DNA of 63,819 bases, the filler included, from Nemertoderma westbladi (Eukaryota > Animalia > Xenacoelomorpha): NCBI GenBank assembly GCA_032718475.1. It is 4 parts of 4 records of this genome, joined end to end, with 100 filler letters (N's around TTAATTAATTAA, not from the genome) between each part and the next. Parts side by side here need not be neighbours in the genome. Positions count along the whole stretch, not along the records: positions 1 to 20,366 come from JAUCBJ010003220.1; 3 more parts are not named here. One strand, 5' to 3'. The notes beneath the pieces were generated by a model that saw only the letters and a list, made by a program, of their open reading frames with translations, was not told the DNA's origin and made no database searches. Below, in pieces: positions 1 through 13,001 of the stretch (position 1 is its first letter; each line of letters begins with the position of its first letter). A program made the translations under genes and the position numbers.

Positions 1-946
1 TTTTACGTTAATCAATATTTTTAGTTATAAATGATTATGTATTTAATTGTATTTAACCTTTTACAGTAGCAGTAGCTATTCTAGAACGTTTTCCCAACTG
101 TGGTAGTATGGAGGGCTGGTGGCGGTGCTATCGGAATTTGATATGTATATTATTATTTTTTTTTTATTTTATGACCCCTCCCGACAGATGGCAGATTCCC
201 AGACTGATGAGGAATTCCGTGACGCTACAGGAAGAGTCGAAGAACTGATTGCTCTAGCAATCCCCCCAAACCTGAGATTTCGACTACAGCTGTTCCATAC
301 GTAGTGAGATGGGAATGTTGCTTAGAAACACAGCAACAACACCTGACACTATAATCAGCTTATCTAACAGCGCCGACCGTGATAATACAGCAATTTACTG
401 ACTTAGTTACAATAAAATAATATGTAAAGATATTATACTGAAAGAATACTGTTACTTTATTTCAAGCCGCGAATAGTTTATATAGCACCCCATAATTTAC
501 TTTATTTCATATTCTAATAATATTTAACAATGAAATTCGTGACATCCCTAATGCGTAATCCATAAGGTTTCAATTTGTCGTACCCGTCTAGGTGCCAGAT
601 AAAATTCGGTCCCTTAGCAAAGTACTGGCGGCGACGCAAACGTCTCGTAGCGCGCCATTGCGATGCTTCAGGATCAAGCATGCGGAGAATGTGACGCACA
701 TCTTCCTTTCGCACTCGCAGACCAGCTAATATGCACTTGGTGTGCATCATGCGATACCCATGCAGGTGTCCCTATCCTTTAATTTCATTGGAAATGAAAT
801 TAATGACTTCTTCCGTATTAGTGTAAACATTTCTCCTCCCAAATTCAGTCCACTCAATATTCTTTTAATTTGTCGGACGCTTAGGATAACTTCATTATTT
901 AGTTTTAAAGCAGATGAAATCTGTCCGTATGTTAGGCCTAAGTTAA

Positions 947-3001
947 GATAGATAGATAGATTTATTTATACATTATGTAAAAACAATAACAAATACACCA
1001 AACAATGTACCGGTATAAAGGTATTGTCCAACATAACATATAGGATTACCCCCTAAAGCTTTGCAGCTTATTTCCAAGGGGGTCCTTTATGTTACTTGGT
1101 TATAAATACAATATTACACTACGCTAACCTAAAACCAATATAAAACGTAATTACACTATGTACATGTACAACTTTACCAAGAGCGTGACAATGCCCGACT
1201 CAACGATAAAGATGTAATGTACAGAACAATTTAATATAAAACATAATTACAGTATAAATAGTAAATAATTAATAAACTAATAACTTACTGTAGGACTATT
1301 GTACCTATTTTTACATTGCACACGGAGGTGAGATTTAACTGCAGATTTAAAAGAATGTTGATTATCTAGGTTTTTAATTTCATTAGGCAGAGCGTTCCAA
1401 TTTTTAATGCCGTTAAAAAAGAAAGTATCAGATTCGAAGGATTTACAATTCGGGAGGTAGAAGTTTGAAGCACTAGAAAGTAAAAGTGTGTATCGCGTAC
1501 CCTGTTGAATTTTTGTTTTAGGTAATTGGGACATTTACCATTATACAGTTTATGCACATGGTTAAGGCGTAGCTGCTTAACTCTACTATCTAAGTTAAGT
1601 AGTCCAGATTCAGAAAAGTCATCTGGAGTTAGGTTGTGCCTAGGTTTGTAGTCTTTAATAAATCGTACTACTTTATTCTGAGCTACTTGTAATTTACATT
1701 TAAGCTGTTTGGTTAAGCCTTCATACCAAGAAGAGCATGCATAGTCCATGTGACACTGTATTAAAGAAGAGCAAAGTAACTTGCGGGAGTCGGTATTTAA
1801 ACTATTTTTATTTCTGTATAGAAACCTAAGCCTACAGTTAAGCCTACATATTTTTCACTGTGCTTTCTCCTGATAAGCAGTTATGCAATGTGGCGCCTAA
1901 ATATTTAACTTCCTTTTTATTTTCAATCTTATGTCCATTACTAGTGACTTCAAACTTAGTTACCTTCTTTAACTTTCAATTGGAACCAAACAAAATACTT
2001 TCAGTCTTACCGTATTGAATGGATAGCTTATTATCAACCAACCACTCATTACAGGATTCTAGAACTGCACTTAACTTTTGGGAAATATGGATAGGATCTT
2101 TATGAGAGAAAATAAGAGCACTGTCGTCGGCATATAAAATGAGTTTAAAATCGGGATCTATACTACTTATCATATCATTTACATAGCATACAAAAAGCAG
2201 AGGACCTAATATACTACCTTGCGGTACACCACAGGTAATCTCTTCTACAGTAGACTGCGATTTGCTAATGACTACAGTTTGACCTCTGTCTGACAGGTAG
2301 GACTTGAACCAGTCTATAGAACCTACACCCATCAGGCCTAACTTACCAAGCAGAATTTCGTGATCTACAGTATCGAAAGCCTTTTGTAGGTCCAACATTA
2401 CCATACCAGTATATAAACCCTTTGCGTTATTTGCGTTATTACATCTAATTGTATCAGTTAAGTTAATAAGGCAGGTGTCTGTAGAATATGATTTACGAAA
2501 GCCAGACTGAAGTTCATAGATCAGATTTAGCCTACTAAGATGTGCTTCCAGCTGTAGAAAAACAGAACTTTCTAGAATTTTAGATACAATACTTAAGATA
2601 CTAACAGGTCTGTAATTACAGGGTTCTACTTTACTATTCTTTTTATACAGAGGAACAACCTTAGCTAATTTCAGTTCGTCTGGTACTACATTATCTACGA
2701 TAGAGTAATTAATAATAAAAGTAATAGGCACTTTAAGTACTTCAGCACCATCCTTAAGAAAACGGGCAGGTATTAGGTCTAGACCGGTACTATTTGAGGC
2801 TGATAGGCTAAGTAGACCGGTACTTTTTGAGGCTGATAGGCTAAGTAGATTTTGAAAAACGAAATCCTCAGAAACGGGTTTTAAAAATAACTTTTCTGAA
2901 TTTTGTAACTTTTCTAAATAAAAATTATTTAGAGTTTCGGACCCTATACTATATTTATTACTTGGAAACGGTAACTTCTTAACTAAATTAGAGCCTTAAA
3001 T
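947..3001 (-). mobile_element. 5'-truncated L2-group (Crack/Daphne-like) non-LTR retrotransposon, frameshifted
   Basis: RT motifs [40 protein letters not shown] (1976-2731). C-terminal DYACSSW..LQVAQN. 3' stem-loop near 1048-1083, then AATAAA and a (TCTA)n tail. 8-bp TSD TAAGTTAA at 939-946 and 3002-3009. Confidence 0.9.
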
Positions 3002-3164
3002 TAAGTTAAAGTACGTCGATATTAACAGAGCGCATTCAGCCATTGATAATAATATTTTCAACCAATAATGCCATCAACAACAATGCTGTAGATTGAATTG
3101 AAAAATCCACTAAAAAGGTTGTACTATTATTATTACCAGTATTATTTAGCCAATCAAAGTAAAG

Positions 3165-3462
3165 TTAGTAAGTCGTTCGCACGAGTTACTAAGTCGTTCG
3201 CACGAGTTAGTTAAGTCGTTCGCACGACTTAGTAAGCCATTGGCACGACTTAGTAAGTCGTTCGCACGACTTAGAAAGTCGTTCGCACGACTTGTAAGTT
3301 GTTCACACGACTTAGTATGTCGTTTGCACGACTTAGTAAGTCGTTTGCACGACTTAGTAAGTCATTCGCATGACTTAGTATGTCGTTTGCACGATTTAGT
3401 TAAATCGTTCGCACGACTTAGTATGTCGTTTGCACGACTTAGTAAGTTGTTCGCATGAGTTA
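3165..3462. repeat. Subterminal array of ~21-bp quasi-palindromic units (TAAGTCGTTCGCACGACTTAG) of the IS3EU-like element
   Basis: About 14 degenerate units just inside the terminus at 3507. Confidence 0.85.
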
Positions 3463-3509
3463 GCCAAAAAAAAAATTTTTTTCACATGTCCCTTTAGGGG
3501 CTCCGTACA

Positions 3510-3858
3510 GGAAGCTCTGTTGCAAGAATATTTCTGAATCATTATCTTTAATTTAGAGACAACGTAATCTGTGTCTCTCACACACAGATTGCTGCCTCCA
3601 AATACAAGTACAATGAAACACGGTTTATTCTCCCAATTGGTTATTCATTACCTCATGTGGGTTATGGGTGTCAAATGTTCTCCCAGAACTCAGCTGAAAC
3701 GTAACTTTGGCAACTGTGGGAGAGATGCTAAAGTTACGATTGTGGTCGCGGTTGTTGTGGCCAAGGTACCGAAAGAGGTGGTCCGTGTGGGAAGACCCAA
3801 TGATTCTGATCTCATGTATGTGATTAACAGTACAAATAGCTCGGACCGGTCGAGGCAT
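3510..3858 (-). pseudogene. Orphan ORF, frameshifted and cut by the IS3EU-like terminus; paralogue at ~9835-10045
   Basis: DHLFRYLGHNN...VAKVTFQLSSGRTFDTHNPHEV, continuing in another frame as WENKPCFIVLVFGGSNLCV. A closely related copy lies at 9835-10045. Confidence 0.45.
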
Positions 3859-4771
3859 AATAGTAGAAACAGAGTAGAGCAACAATAAGTGGGAAAATAA
3901 TTGGGGAAGTGTCGGATTTATAAGATATGGCATTCCGTATATATAGAAAATTTTATACTATACTGTTGATAGGCTGTTAATTCACTATAGTTTGTTATGG
4001 AGTAAATGTGATAATTAGTTATTGATATGTTGTTTTATATTTTTCGATTTTATATACATGCAAGATAGATGATAGGTTTCTTGTTGTTCTGACCAAATTA
4101 ATATAAACAAAACTCATCATTAGAATAAATAAATCATAATAATAGAACAGCTGACAACGTTGTTACAAACAGTTTCATGCACTATTGGCCGTCCGAGGAA
4201 TTATTTTAATTCGTTTAAATGATCACAGTATAATATGAATGTATATTTAGCATGGAGGATAAAAAATATACTCGACTGAAAATGCAACTAGATTGTCAAT
4301 TAAATATATATGTATTTATTTCATGCTTATGGTCATATATACCTGGGTTCACACAAAAAATGGAATAATATTATATTAATTACAAAATGTTATTATTATG
4401 AATATAGATATATACATTATACCATACTGATATTGAAGAGTGAAATATTGGATTTTGAGCTTAATCAGATGCCATATAATTACCGAAAACCTCCGAAAAA
4501 GGGAGGATTTAGACAGTTTATCAAACGAACAAACTCAGCTAGATGCAGCTGAAAAATCGCTGTCTTGACCGTCTTCATCGGAAGAGTCTGAATCTTTGTC
4601 AGAATCGTTATTGGAAGTTTCCCTGTAAGTCTTTTTATCTTGATCCTCGGCTGCTGTTTCCAGCTCTATTAAAATTAATATGTAAAGATATTATACTGAA
4701 AGAATACTGTTACTTTATTTCAAGCCGCGAATAGTTTATATAGCACCCCATAATTTACTTTATTTCATATT

Positions 4772-7765
4772 CTAATAATATTTAACAATGAAATTCGTGA
4801 CATCCCTAATGCGTAATCCATAAGGTTTCAATTTGTCGTACCCGTCTAGGTGCCAGATAAAATTCGGTCCCTTAGCAAAGTACTGGCGGCGACGCAAACG
4901 TCTCGTAGCGCGCCATTGCGATGCTTCAGGATCAAGCATGCGGAGAATGTGACGCACATCTTCCTTTCGCACTCGCAGACCAGCTAATATGCACTTGGTG
5001 TGCATCATGCGATACCCATGCAGGTGTCCCTATCCTTTAATTTCATTGGAAATGAAATTAATGACTTCTTCCGTATTAGTGTAAACATTTCTCCTCCCAA
5101 ATTCAGTCCACTCAATATTCTTTTAATTTGTCGGACGCTTAGGATAACTTCATTATTTAGTTTTAAAGCAGATGAAATCTGTCCGTATGTTAGGCCTAAG
5201 TTAAGATAGATAGATAGATTTATTTATACATTATGTAAAAACAATAACAAATACACCAAACAATGTACCGGTATAAAGGTATTGTCCAACATAACATATA
5301 GGATTACCCCCTAAAGCTTTGCAGCTTATTTCCAAGGGGGTCCTTTATGTTACTTGGTTATAAATACAATATTACACTACGCTAACCTAAAACCAATATA
5401 AAACGTAATTACACTATGTACATGTACAACTTTACCAAGAGCGTGACAATGCCCGACTCAACGATAAAGATGTAATGTACAGAACAATTTAATATAAAAC
5501 ATAATTACAGTATAAATAGTAAATAATTAATAAACTAATAACTTACTGTAGGACTATTGTACCTATTTTTACATTGCACACGGAGGTGAGATTTAACTGC
5601 AGATTTAAAAGAATGTTGATTATCTAGGTTTTTAATTTCATTAGGCAGAGCGTTCCAATTTTTAATGCCGTTAAAAAAGAAAGTATCAGATTCGAAGGAT
5701 TTACAATTCGGGAGGTAGAAGTTTGAAGCACTAGAAAGTAAAAGTGTGTATCGCGTACCCTGTTGAATTTTTGTTTTAGGTAATTGGGACATTTACCATT
5801 ATACAGTTTATGCACATGGTTAAGGCGTAGCTGCTTAACTCTACTATCTAAGTTAAGTAGTCCAGATTCAGAAAAGTCATCTGGAGTTAGGTTGTGCCTA
5901 GGTTTGTAGTCTTTAATAAATCGTACTACTTTATTCTGAGCTACTTGTAATTTACATTTAAGCTGTTTGGTTAAGCCTTCATACCAAGAAGAGCATGCAT
6001 AGTCCATGTGACACTGTATTAAAGAAGAGCAAAGTAACTTGCGGGAGTCGGTATTTAAACTATTTTTATTTCTGTATAGAAACCTAAGCCTACAGTTAAG
6101 CCTACATATTTTTCACTGTGCTTTCTCCTGATAAGCAGTTATGCAATGTGGCGCCTAAATATTTAACTTCCTTTTTATTTTCAATCTTATGTCCATTACT
6201 AGTGACTTCAAACTTAGTTACCTTCTTTAACTTTCAATTGGAACCAAACAAAATACTTTCAGTCTTACCGTATTGAATGGATAGCTTATTATCAACCAAC
6301 CACTCATTACAGGATTCTAGAACTGCACTTAACTTTTGGGAAATATGGATAGGATCTTTATGAGAGAAAATAAGAGCACTGTCGTCGGCATATAAAATGA
6401 GTTTAAAATCGGGATCTATACTACTTATCATATCATTTACATAGCATACAAAAAGCAGAGGACCTAATATACTACCTTGCGGTACACCACAGGTAATCTC
6501 TTCTACAGTAGACTGCGATTTGCTAATGACTACAGTTTGACCTCTGTCTGACAGGTAGGACTTGAACCAGTCTATAGAACCTACACCCATCAGGCCTAAC
6601 TTACCAAGCAGAATTTCGTGATCTACAGTATCGAAAGCCTTTTGTAGGTCCAACATTACCATACCAGTATATAAACCCTTTGCGTTATTTGCGTTATTAC
6701 ATCTAATTGTATCAGTTAAGTTAATAAGGCAGGTGTCTGTAGAATATGATTTACGAAAGCCAGACTGAAGTTCATAGATCAGATTTAGCCTACTAAGATG
6801 TGCTTCCAGCTGTAGAAAAACAGAACTTTCTAGAATTTTAGATACAATACTTAAGATACTAACAGGTCTGTAATTACAGGGTTCTACTTTACTATTCTTT
6901 TTATACAGAGGAACAACCTTAGCTAATTTCAGTTCGTCTGGTACTACATTATCTACGATAGAGTAATTAATAATAAAAGTAATAGGCACTTTAAGTACTT
7001 CAGCACCATCCTTAAGAAAACGGGCAGGTATTAGGTCTAGACCGGTACTATTTGAGGCTGATAGGCTAAGTAGACCGGTACTTTTTGAGGCTGATAGGCT
7101 AAGTAGATTTTGAAAAACGAAATCCTCAGAAACGGGTTTTAAAAATAACTTTTCTGAATTTTGTAACTTTTCTAAATAAAAATTATTTAGAGTTTCGGAC
7201 CCTATACTATATTTATTACTTGGAAACGGTAACTTCTTAACTAAATTAGAGCCTTAAATTAAGTTAAAGTACGTCGATATTAACAGAGCGCATTCAGCCA
7301 TTGATAATAATATTTTCAACCAATAATGCCATCAACAACAATGCTGTAGATTGAATTGAAAAATCCACTAAAAAGGTTGTACTATTATTATTACCAGTAT
7401 TATTTAGCCAATCAAAGTAAAGTTAGTAAGTCGTTCGCACGAGTTACTAAGTCGTTCGCACGAGTTAGTTAAGTCGTTCGCACGACTTAGTAAGCCATTG
7501 GCACGACTTAGTAAGTCGTTCGCACGACTTAGAAAGTCGTTCGCACGACTTGTAAGTTGTTCACACGACTTAGTATGTCGTTTGCACGACTTAGTAAGTC
7601 GTTTGCACGACTTAGTAAGTCATTCGCATGACTTAGTATGTCGTTTGCACGATTTAGTTAAATCGTTCGCACGACTTAGTATGTCGTTTGCACGACTTAG
7701 TAAGTTGTTCGCATGAGTTAGCCAAAAAAAAAATTTTTTTCACATGTCCCTTTAGGGGCTCCGTA
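4772..7765 (-). mobile_element. Duplicated copy of the IS3EU-like fragment
   Basis: Same sequence as 514-3507 at +4258. Confidence 0.7.
5205..7259 (-). mobile_element. Duplicated copy of the L2-group LINE
   Basis: Same sequence as 947-3001 at +4258. Confidence 0.9.
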
Positions 7766-8792
7766 CAGGAAGCTCTGTTGCAAGAATATTTCTGAATCAT
7801 TATCTTTAATTTAGAGACAACGTAATCTGTGTCTCTCACACACAGATTGCTGCCTCCAAATACAAGTACAATGAAACACGGTTTATTCTCCCAATTGGTT
7901 ATTCATTACCTCATGTGGGTTATGGGTGTCAAATGTTCTCCCAGAACTCAGCTGAAACGTAACTTTGGCAACTGTGGGAGAGATGCTAAAGTTACGATTG
8001 TGGTCGCGGTTGTTGTGGCCAAGGTACCGAAAGAGGTGGTCCGTGTGGGAAGACCCAATGATTCTGATCTCATGTATGTGATTAACAGTACAAATAGCTC
8101 GGACCGGTCGAGGCATAATAGTAGAAACAGAGTAGAGCAACAATAAGTGGGAAAATAATTGGGGAAGTGTCGGATTTATAAGATATGGCATTCCGTATAT
8201 ATAGAAAATTTTATACTATACTGTTGATAGGCTGTTAATTCACTATAGTTTGTTATGGAGTAAATGTGATAATTAGTTATTGATATGTTGTTTTATATTT
8301 TTCGATTTTATATACATGCAAGATAGATGATAGGTTTCTTGTTGTTCTGACCAAATTAATATAAACAAAACTCATCATTAGAATAAATAAATCATAATAA
8401 TAGAACAGCTGACAACGTTGTTACAAACAGTTTCATGCACTATTGGCCGTCCGAGGAATTATTTTAATTCGTTTAAATGATCACAGTATAATATGAATGT
8501 ATATTTAGCATGGAGGATAAAAAATATACTCGACTGAAAATGCAACTAGATTGTCAATTAAATATATATGTATTTATTTCATGCTTATGGTCATATATAC
8601 CTGGGTTCACACAAAAAATGGAATAATATTATATTAATTACAAAATGTTATTATTATGAATATAGATATATACATTATACCATACTGATATTGAAGAGTG
8701 AAATATTGGATTTTGAGCTTAATCAGATGCCATATAATTACCGAAAACCTCCGAAAAAGGGAGGATTTAGACAGTTTATCAAACGAACAAAC

Positions 8793-9813
8793 TCAGCTAG
8801 ATGCAGCTGAAAAATCGCTGTCTTGACCGTCTTCATCGGAAGAGTCTGAATCTTTGTCAGAATCGTTATTGGAAGTTTCCCTGTAAGTCTTTTTATCTTG
8901 ATCCTCGGCTGCTGTTTCCAGCTCTGGAACGTCTTGTTCGTCCAACCCCTTTATATAAGTTTTTATTTAAGTCATGCCCCCTATAAGTCATTGCCGCGAT
9001 ATTGGCTACCATCGTATGCTCGTCCTGTCTTCTTTTACGGAACACATAGTTCTTATCTTTAATAGTGACTATCCCTATATCAAGATTTTTGTTCATAAAG
9101 GTTGTTGTTGACATCCCGACTTCGGTCGTGTTTCGAACAAAAACATACTTATTCAAGAAAGGTTTGTCAGCAATCGGTAACATAAGCTCGCCACAGACTA
9201 ATAGGGAGTTGGTCCCTATCATAGAGAACACTGGATTCGGTTGCCCAACGCGAAAGGTGCGTTTCTTGAGGTAGTACCACACGGGTAGCTCGAAATGGCT
9301 CATTTCTCCTAATGACTTCTGATAGATCTCCTTACTAAGGGGGATTGAGGCTAGCAGCATTGTATACCGCCATAACGGATCGGGCCGTATTGCTGTACAA
9401 AAACATCTCATCCCGCTCTCGGATCCTCTCGGGTTGTCGGTTGACACAATCTTCGCAGCTTCTTTTATCCATCGTATTATTCGCCAATTATTTACTCCGT
9501 AATGTTGTTTCGCATCCTTATCTTCTACTTTCGATTTATGATAATAATCGAAGACCAAGCTCCCGTCGTTACTATCAGTGCCAGCTAGCCATCTTTCTAC
9601 TGTCTTGAGAACAATTATCTCCTCTTCAGAGAGGTCACTGAAAACGTCCGTAGAGCTGTATGTTTTGTAACTACTCCTTAACTTCGGGCTCGGCTCGTAA
9701 ATCGTACAGCCGTCAACCTTGCGTTTTAATGAAAGATTGTCTTCTACTGACATCTCGAATGTTGGGACGTTGTCTTCTACTTGAAGAGTGTGACTTAAAG
9801 ATATCTTCTCCAT
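8793..9813 (-). CDS. Orphan intronless protein (~340 aa) with a probable frameshift before an acidic C-terminal tail
   Basis: 324-codon ORF at 8893-9867, likely starting at MEKISL (9813). An alternative frame from ~8950 reads KGLDEQDVPELETAAEDQDKKTYRETSNNDSDKDSDSSDEDGQDSDFSAASS* (stop 8793-8795). No recognised domain. Confidence 0.5.
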
Positions 9814-11573
9814 TGAGCAAGCAGAAACGCAGAACACACAGATCGCTGCCTCCAAATACAAGTACAATGAAACATGGTTTATTCTCCCAATTGGTCATTA
9901 CCTCATGTGGGTTATGGGTGTCAAATGTTCTCCCAGAACTCAGCTGAAACGTAACTTTGGCAACTGTGGTAGAGATGCCAAAGATATGATTGTGGCCGCA
10001 GTTGTTGTGGCTAAGGTAGCGAAATAGGTGGTCCGGGTGGGGTACAAATGTACAAATAGTACAACAGTACAAATAGCAAGTAATTTTATGTTTCATAATT
10101 TGTCATCATAACAAAAACTTCGTAACATATTTCATTATAATAATGGTATAGTTTTCGAATTAAGCTGTGTGTACATAAGTAGGTAACCTGCTGCAAAGTA
10201 CTGCTGTAGTAATAGCATGGGCATTGGGCATACCCTCTCGTAGTAGTTTCCTCAACATACTGCCCCACCACATCCATGAACCATATTAATCTATAAATAT
10301 AAAACAAATTATGAAATAAATTATATTTTATATAATATTAATATAATATAAATTATATATTATATTATAAAATAAATTAAATTATACTTTATTATGCCTA
10401 ATACTCAACAATTTTTTAATTTATGTGGCCAAGGATAAACTTGGAAAGTATATTATAATGTTTGGCAACTTTCTAGTCATTATTATTATTGTATTAAATA
10501 AGTCTGAACTGGAGAAAGGAAGAGAAACTCTACAGAGAAGAAACTGGAGAGTTGGAAAGATTGGAGAGAAGAAAAGAAAGACGTATACGAGGCTGATAAC
10601 CAACCGTTGTTTGGTGGATGATTCCGCATAAATATCGTCCAATAAACTTATTGGACTAGCTAGGGGGGTGTAAATAATGCCTCACAAATAATAAATAAAA
10701 TAAATAAAAAATAACATTAAAAAATAAATAAAAATATAATAATAAATAAGCTATCTAATGTATAACTTAAAAATTGTGTTAGTTACATTCATGTTGCATA
10801 AGGTACGGTATGTAGATACGGATCGAGGAGAGTAGAATTAGATACATATCGTGTAAGGTATGGTATGTATAGAGGATCAGAGATGTATTACATACGCATG
10901 TGATATGGTATGTAAATGTGTACCAAAGTTATATTGTGTAAGGCTCACGGTATGTATGCTAGAGTACAGTAGAGAGGATCGAGTAGATATTGTGATGAGA
11001 TTGTGACACATGTGATGTGGTATGTAAACATATGATAAAGTTAGATACATATTGTGTAAGGTGTGATATGTATGCTAGAGTACTACTAGGTAGGGAGAGA
11101 GGAGTTAGATACGTATCAGATAGGATAAGGTATGTAGAGAGAGAGGGTGGATACATAATAATCAAATGTATTATATGTATAGCCTCAAGTACGTAGATAG
11201 AAGATATCGTGTAAGGTACGATAGAAATGTGTAATTAATAGGTACTTATCATAAAGATTATGGTATGCATGGCCTGGAAAGAAATATGGATGGTAGTTGG
11301 ACATTTTAATGTTCCATATCGTCCATTGCAGAAGTTTTGATCACAAGAAGTGACAAGAGTAACTCTAATGACTTCGATATTATTATATTAATTATTTAAT
11401 TATATTAATTATTATATCTTAATCCAGGATGGAATAAGAAGTTCATGAAGTTCGTTCTTGATAAATCCACAACGATGTTGGGAATCTACTGGATTGGCCA
11501 CAGGGGATCGTTTCTTCTAAATAATGGTGTATTGTACCAGTCACCATGGTAAATCGGATTTAGAAGTGCCCCT

Positions 11574-11975
11574 TTACCTATAGAAACTGACTGACTGTTG
11601 GGAAAAATACAGATTTGTTGACACAGATGCTTTAGGTACGATTACTATAAATACTTGATCAGTATTTTGGCGTACAAATAGTAGTCGAAAGTAATGTTCT
11701 TGTTTTATTATTGACTTTGTTGTCTTTATTATTGGAATGGTATTATTTGTTTTTGACATTATATGAACTATGTGTATTGGCATTCTTGTATTATTTTCAA
11801 TTTTACAACCCTTACGAATAACATAATTTGGAGAGACATCTGCAAATTTGTCACCACACACAATGTTATTAATACTGCGCTCCGACACCTTGCCATTTAA
11901 TAGTTCTTGTAGAATTACACTCTCAGTTACGATCGACTTGGCCATTTTATTTAGATTTTTTATCAAATGAATCAT
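11574..11975 (-). CDS. Orphan ORF, 133 aa
   Basis: Open frame with protein-like composition in AT-rich DNA. No homology recognised. Confidence 0.35.
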   Translation of the reverse strand: MIHLIKNLNKMAKSIVTESVILQELLNGKVSERSINNIVCGDKFADVSPNYVIRKGCKIENNTRMPIHIVHIMSKTNNTIPIIKTTKSIIKQEHYFRLLFVRQNTDQVFIVIVPKASVSTNLYFSQQSVSFYR

Positions 11976-12530
11976 ATAGTATTTAAAACATATAACATTT
12001 ATTACAATAATGTAAGTTTACAATGTAGAAACTCTACTTATATGAAATAATGCAAACATATCAGTACATAGTAGTGGGTCGGTATATTGCACTCAAGACA
12101 ACGAACTAACCTTTCGTTTCACTTGGAACTAAATCTTTGAGAAAAAAGCAACATGAATCTATTAAAGGGCATAAAACCAACAAGGAAATAAAGCTTAGCA
12201 ATAAATGAATAAGACACAATATTATTGAATTTTAATGTAATAATGTATTACCTTTATGTCATTGCTAATAGTGATCCTTAAAGGAGATACACTGATTGGC
12301 CACCCGGGATGCCAGCCAATCACATTGCTTCTCCACCTGGAAGTCCTCAGTCAATTCCCTGAAACAGCAACAAAGAAAAACTAGGCGCCTAGAGGTCTGG
12401 AAGACCCAGTTTGGGAAATGGCCTCTCCTCTGGTTTGAAAGTTATTTGATCCAATCATCATGCTGAGGTATTATTATATAATAAATCAATATATATAATT
12501 AATTTTATCAGTTGTATTTCATTATGCCTA

Positions 12531-13001
12531 CAGTTCCGAAGCACCAACTTTGATTTGTGTAGATAGGAATGAGGCTGGGCGTTTAATATGTATTGGGGGA
12601 TGTCTAGATGTAATGGTGGAGAGATGAGTTACCTCCTCCCTATAATAATATCCAGGCTCTATAATAGCTACAAATGACCCCACGCCGATGCCATTGTTGA
12701 AGTACTTCTCACCATCGCCCAGAGTTCTGTTGTATCATCACGAAAGTTGATGTCGAATCCAGGTCCCTAAAAACAATAAACATTGTATTTCATTAACGTG
12801 GAGGCAAAATGCCACCAGTTCCGAAGCACCAACTTTGATTTGTGTAGATGGGAATGAGGCCGGGTGTTTAATATGTATTGGGGGGATGTCTAGATGTAAT
12901 GGTGGGGAGATGAGTTACCTCCTCCCTATAATAATATCCAGGCTCTATAATAGCTACAAACGACCCCACGCAGATGCCATTGTTGAAGTACTTTTCATCA
13001 T
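12531..13001 (-). repeat. ~185-bp direct repeat (12531-12716 and 12816-13001) of a coding-like fragment
   Basis: Both copies read EKYFNNGI(G/C)VGSFVAIIEPGYYYREEVTHL on the minus strand. Confidence 0.75.

Larger units (their letters stand above)
514..3507 (-). mobile_element. IS3EU-like DNA transposon, 5' part (terminus, subterminal repeats, truncated DDE transposase), interrupted by a LINE
   Basis: Minus-strand terminus TACGGAGCCCCTAAAGGGACATG at 3507 fits the IS3EU-type TAY..RTA ends. Removing the LINE joins ATG 3043 (MAECALLISTYFNL) to GLTYGQISS...GYRMMHTKC...RRRQYFAKGPNFIWHLDGYDKLKPYG, an integrase-core motif. It has a frameshift and a stop, and is truncated after the first catalytic D. 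Confidence 0.7.
418..8925. repeat. 4.25-kb direct tandem duplication (418-4667 and 4676-8925, offset 4258, 8-bp junction ATTAAAAT)
   Basis: ORFs recur at +4258 with identical translations. Identity starts at 418/4676 and ends at 4667/8925. Confidence 0.95.

Noticed and set aside
60-304. Possible two-exon gene fragment at the window start
   Set aside because: Splice-like signals are present but the peptide is unrecognisable and the context is truncated.
3165-3462. Palindromic ~21-bp repeats as a CRISPR array
   Set aside because: No unique spacers and no cas genes. They sit inside a eukaryotic transposon terminus.
10800-11260. Degenerate GTAAGGTAYGGTATGTA repeats as a coding repeat or donor array
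   Set aside because: Highly diverged, with stops in the frames I read and no adjacent exon identified.
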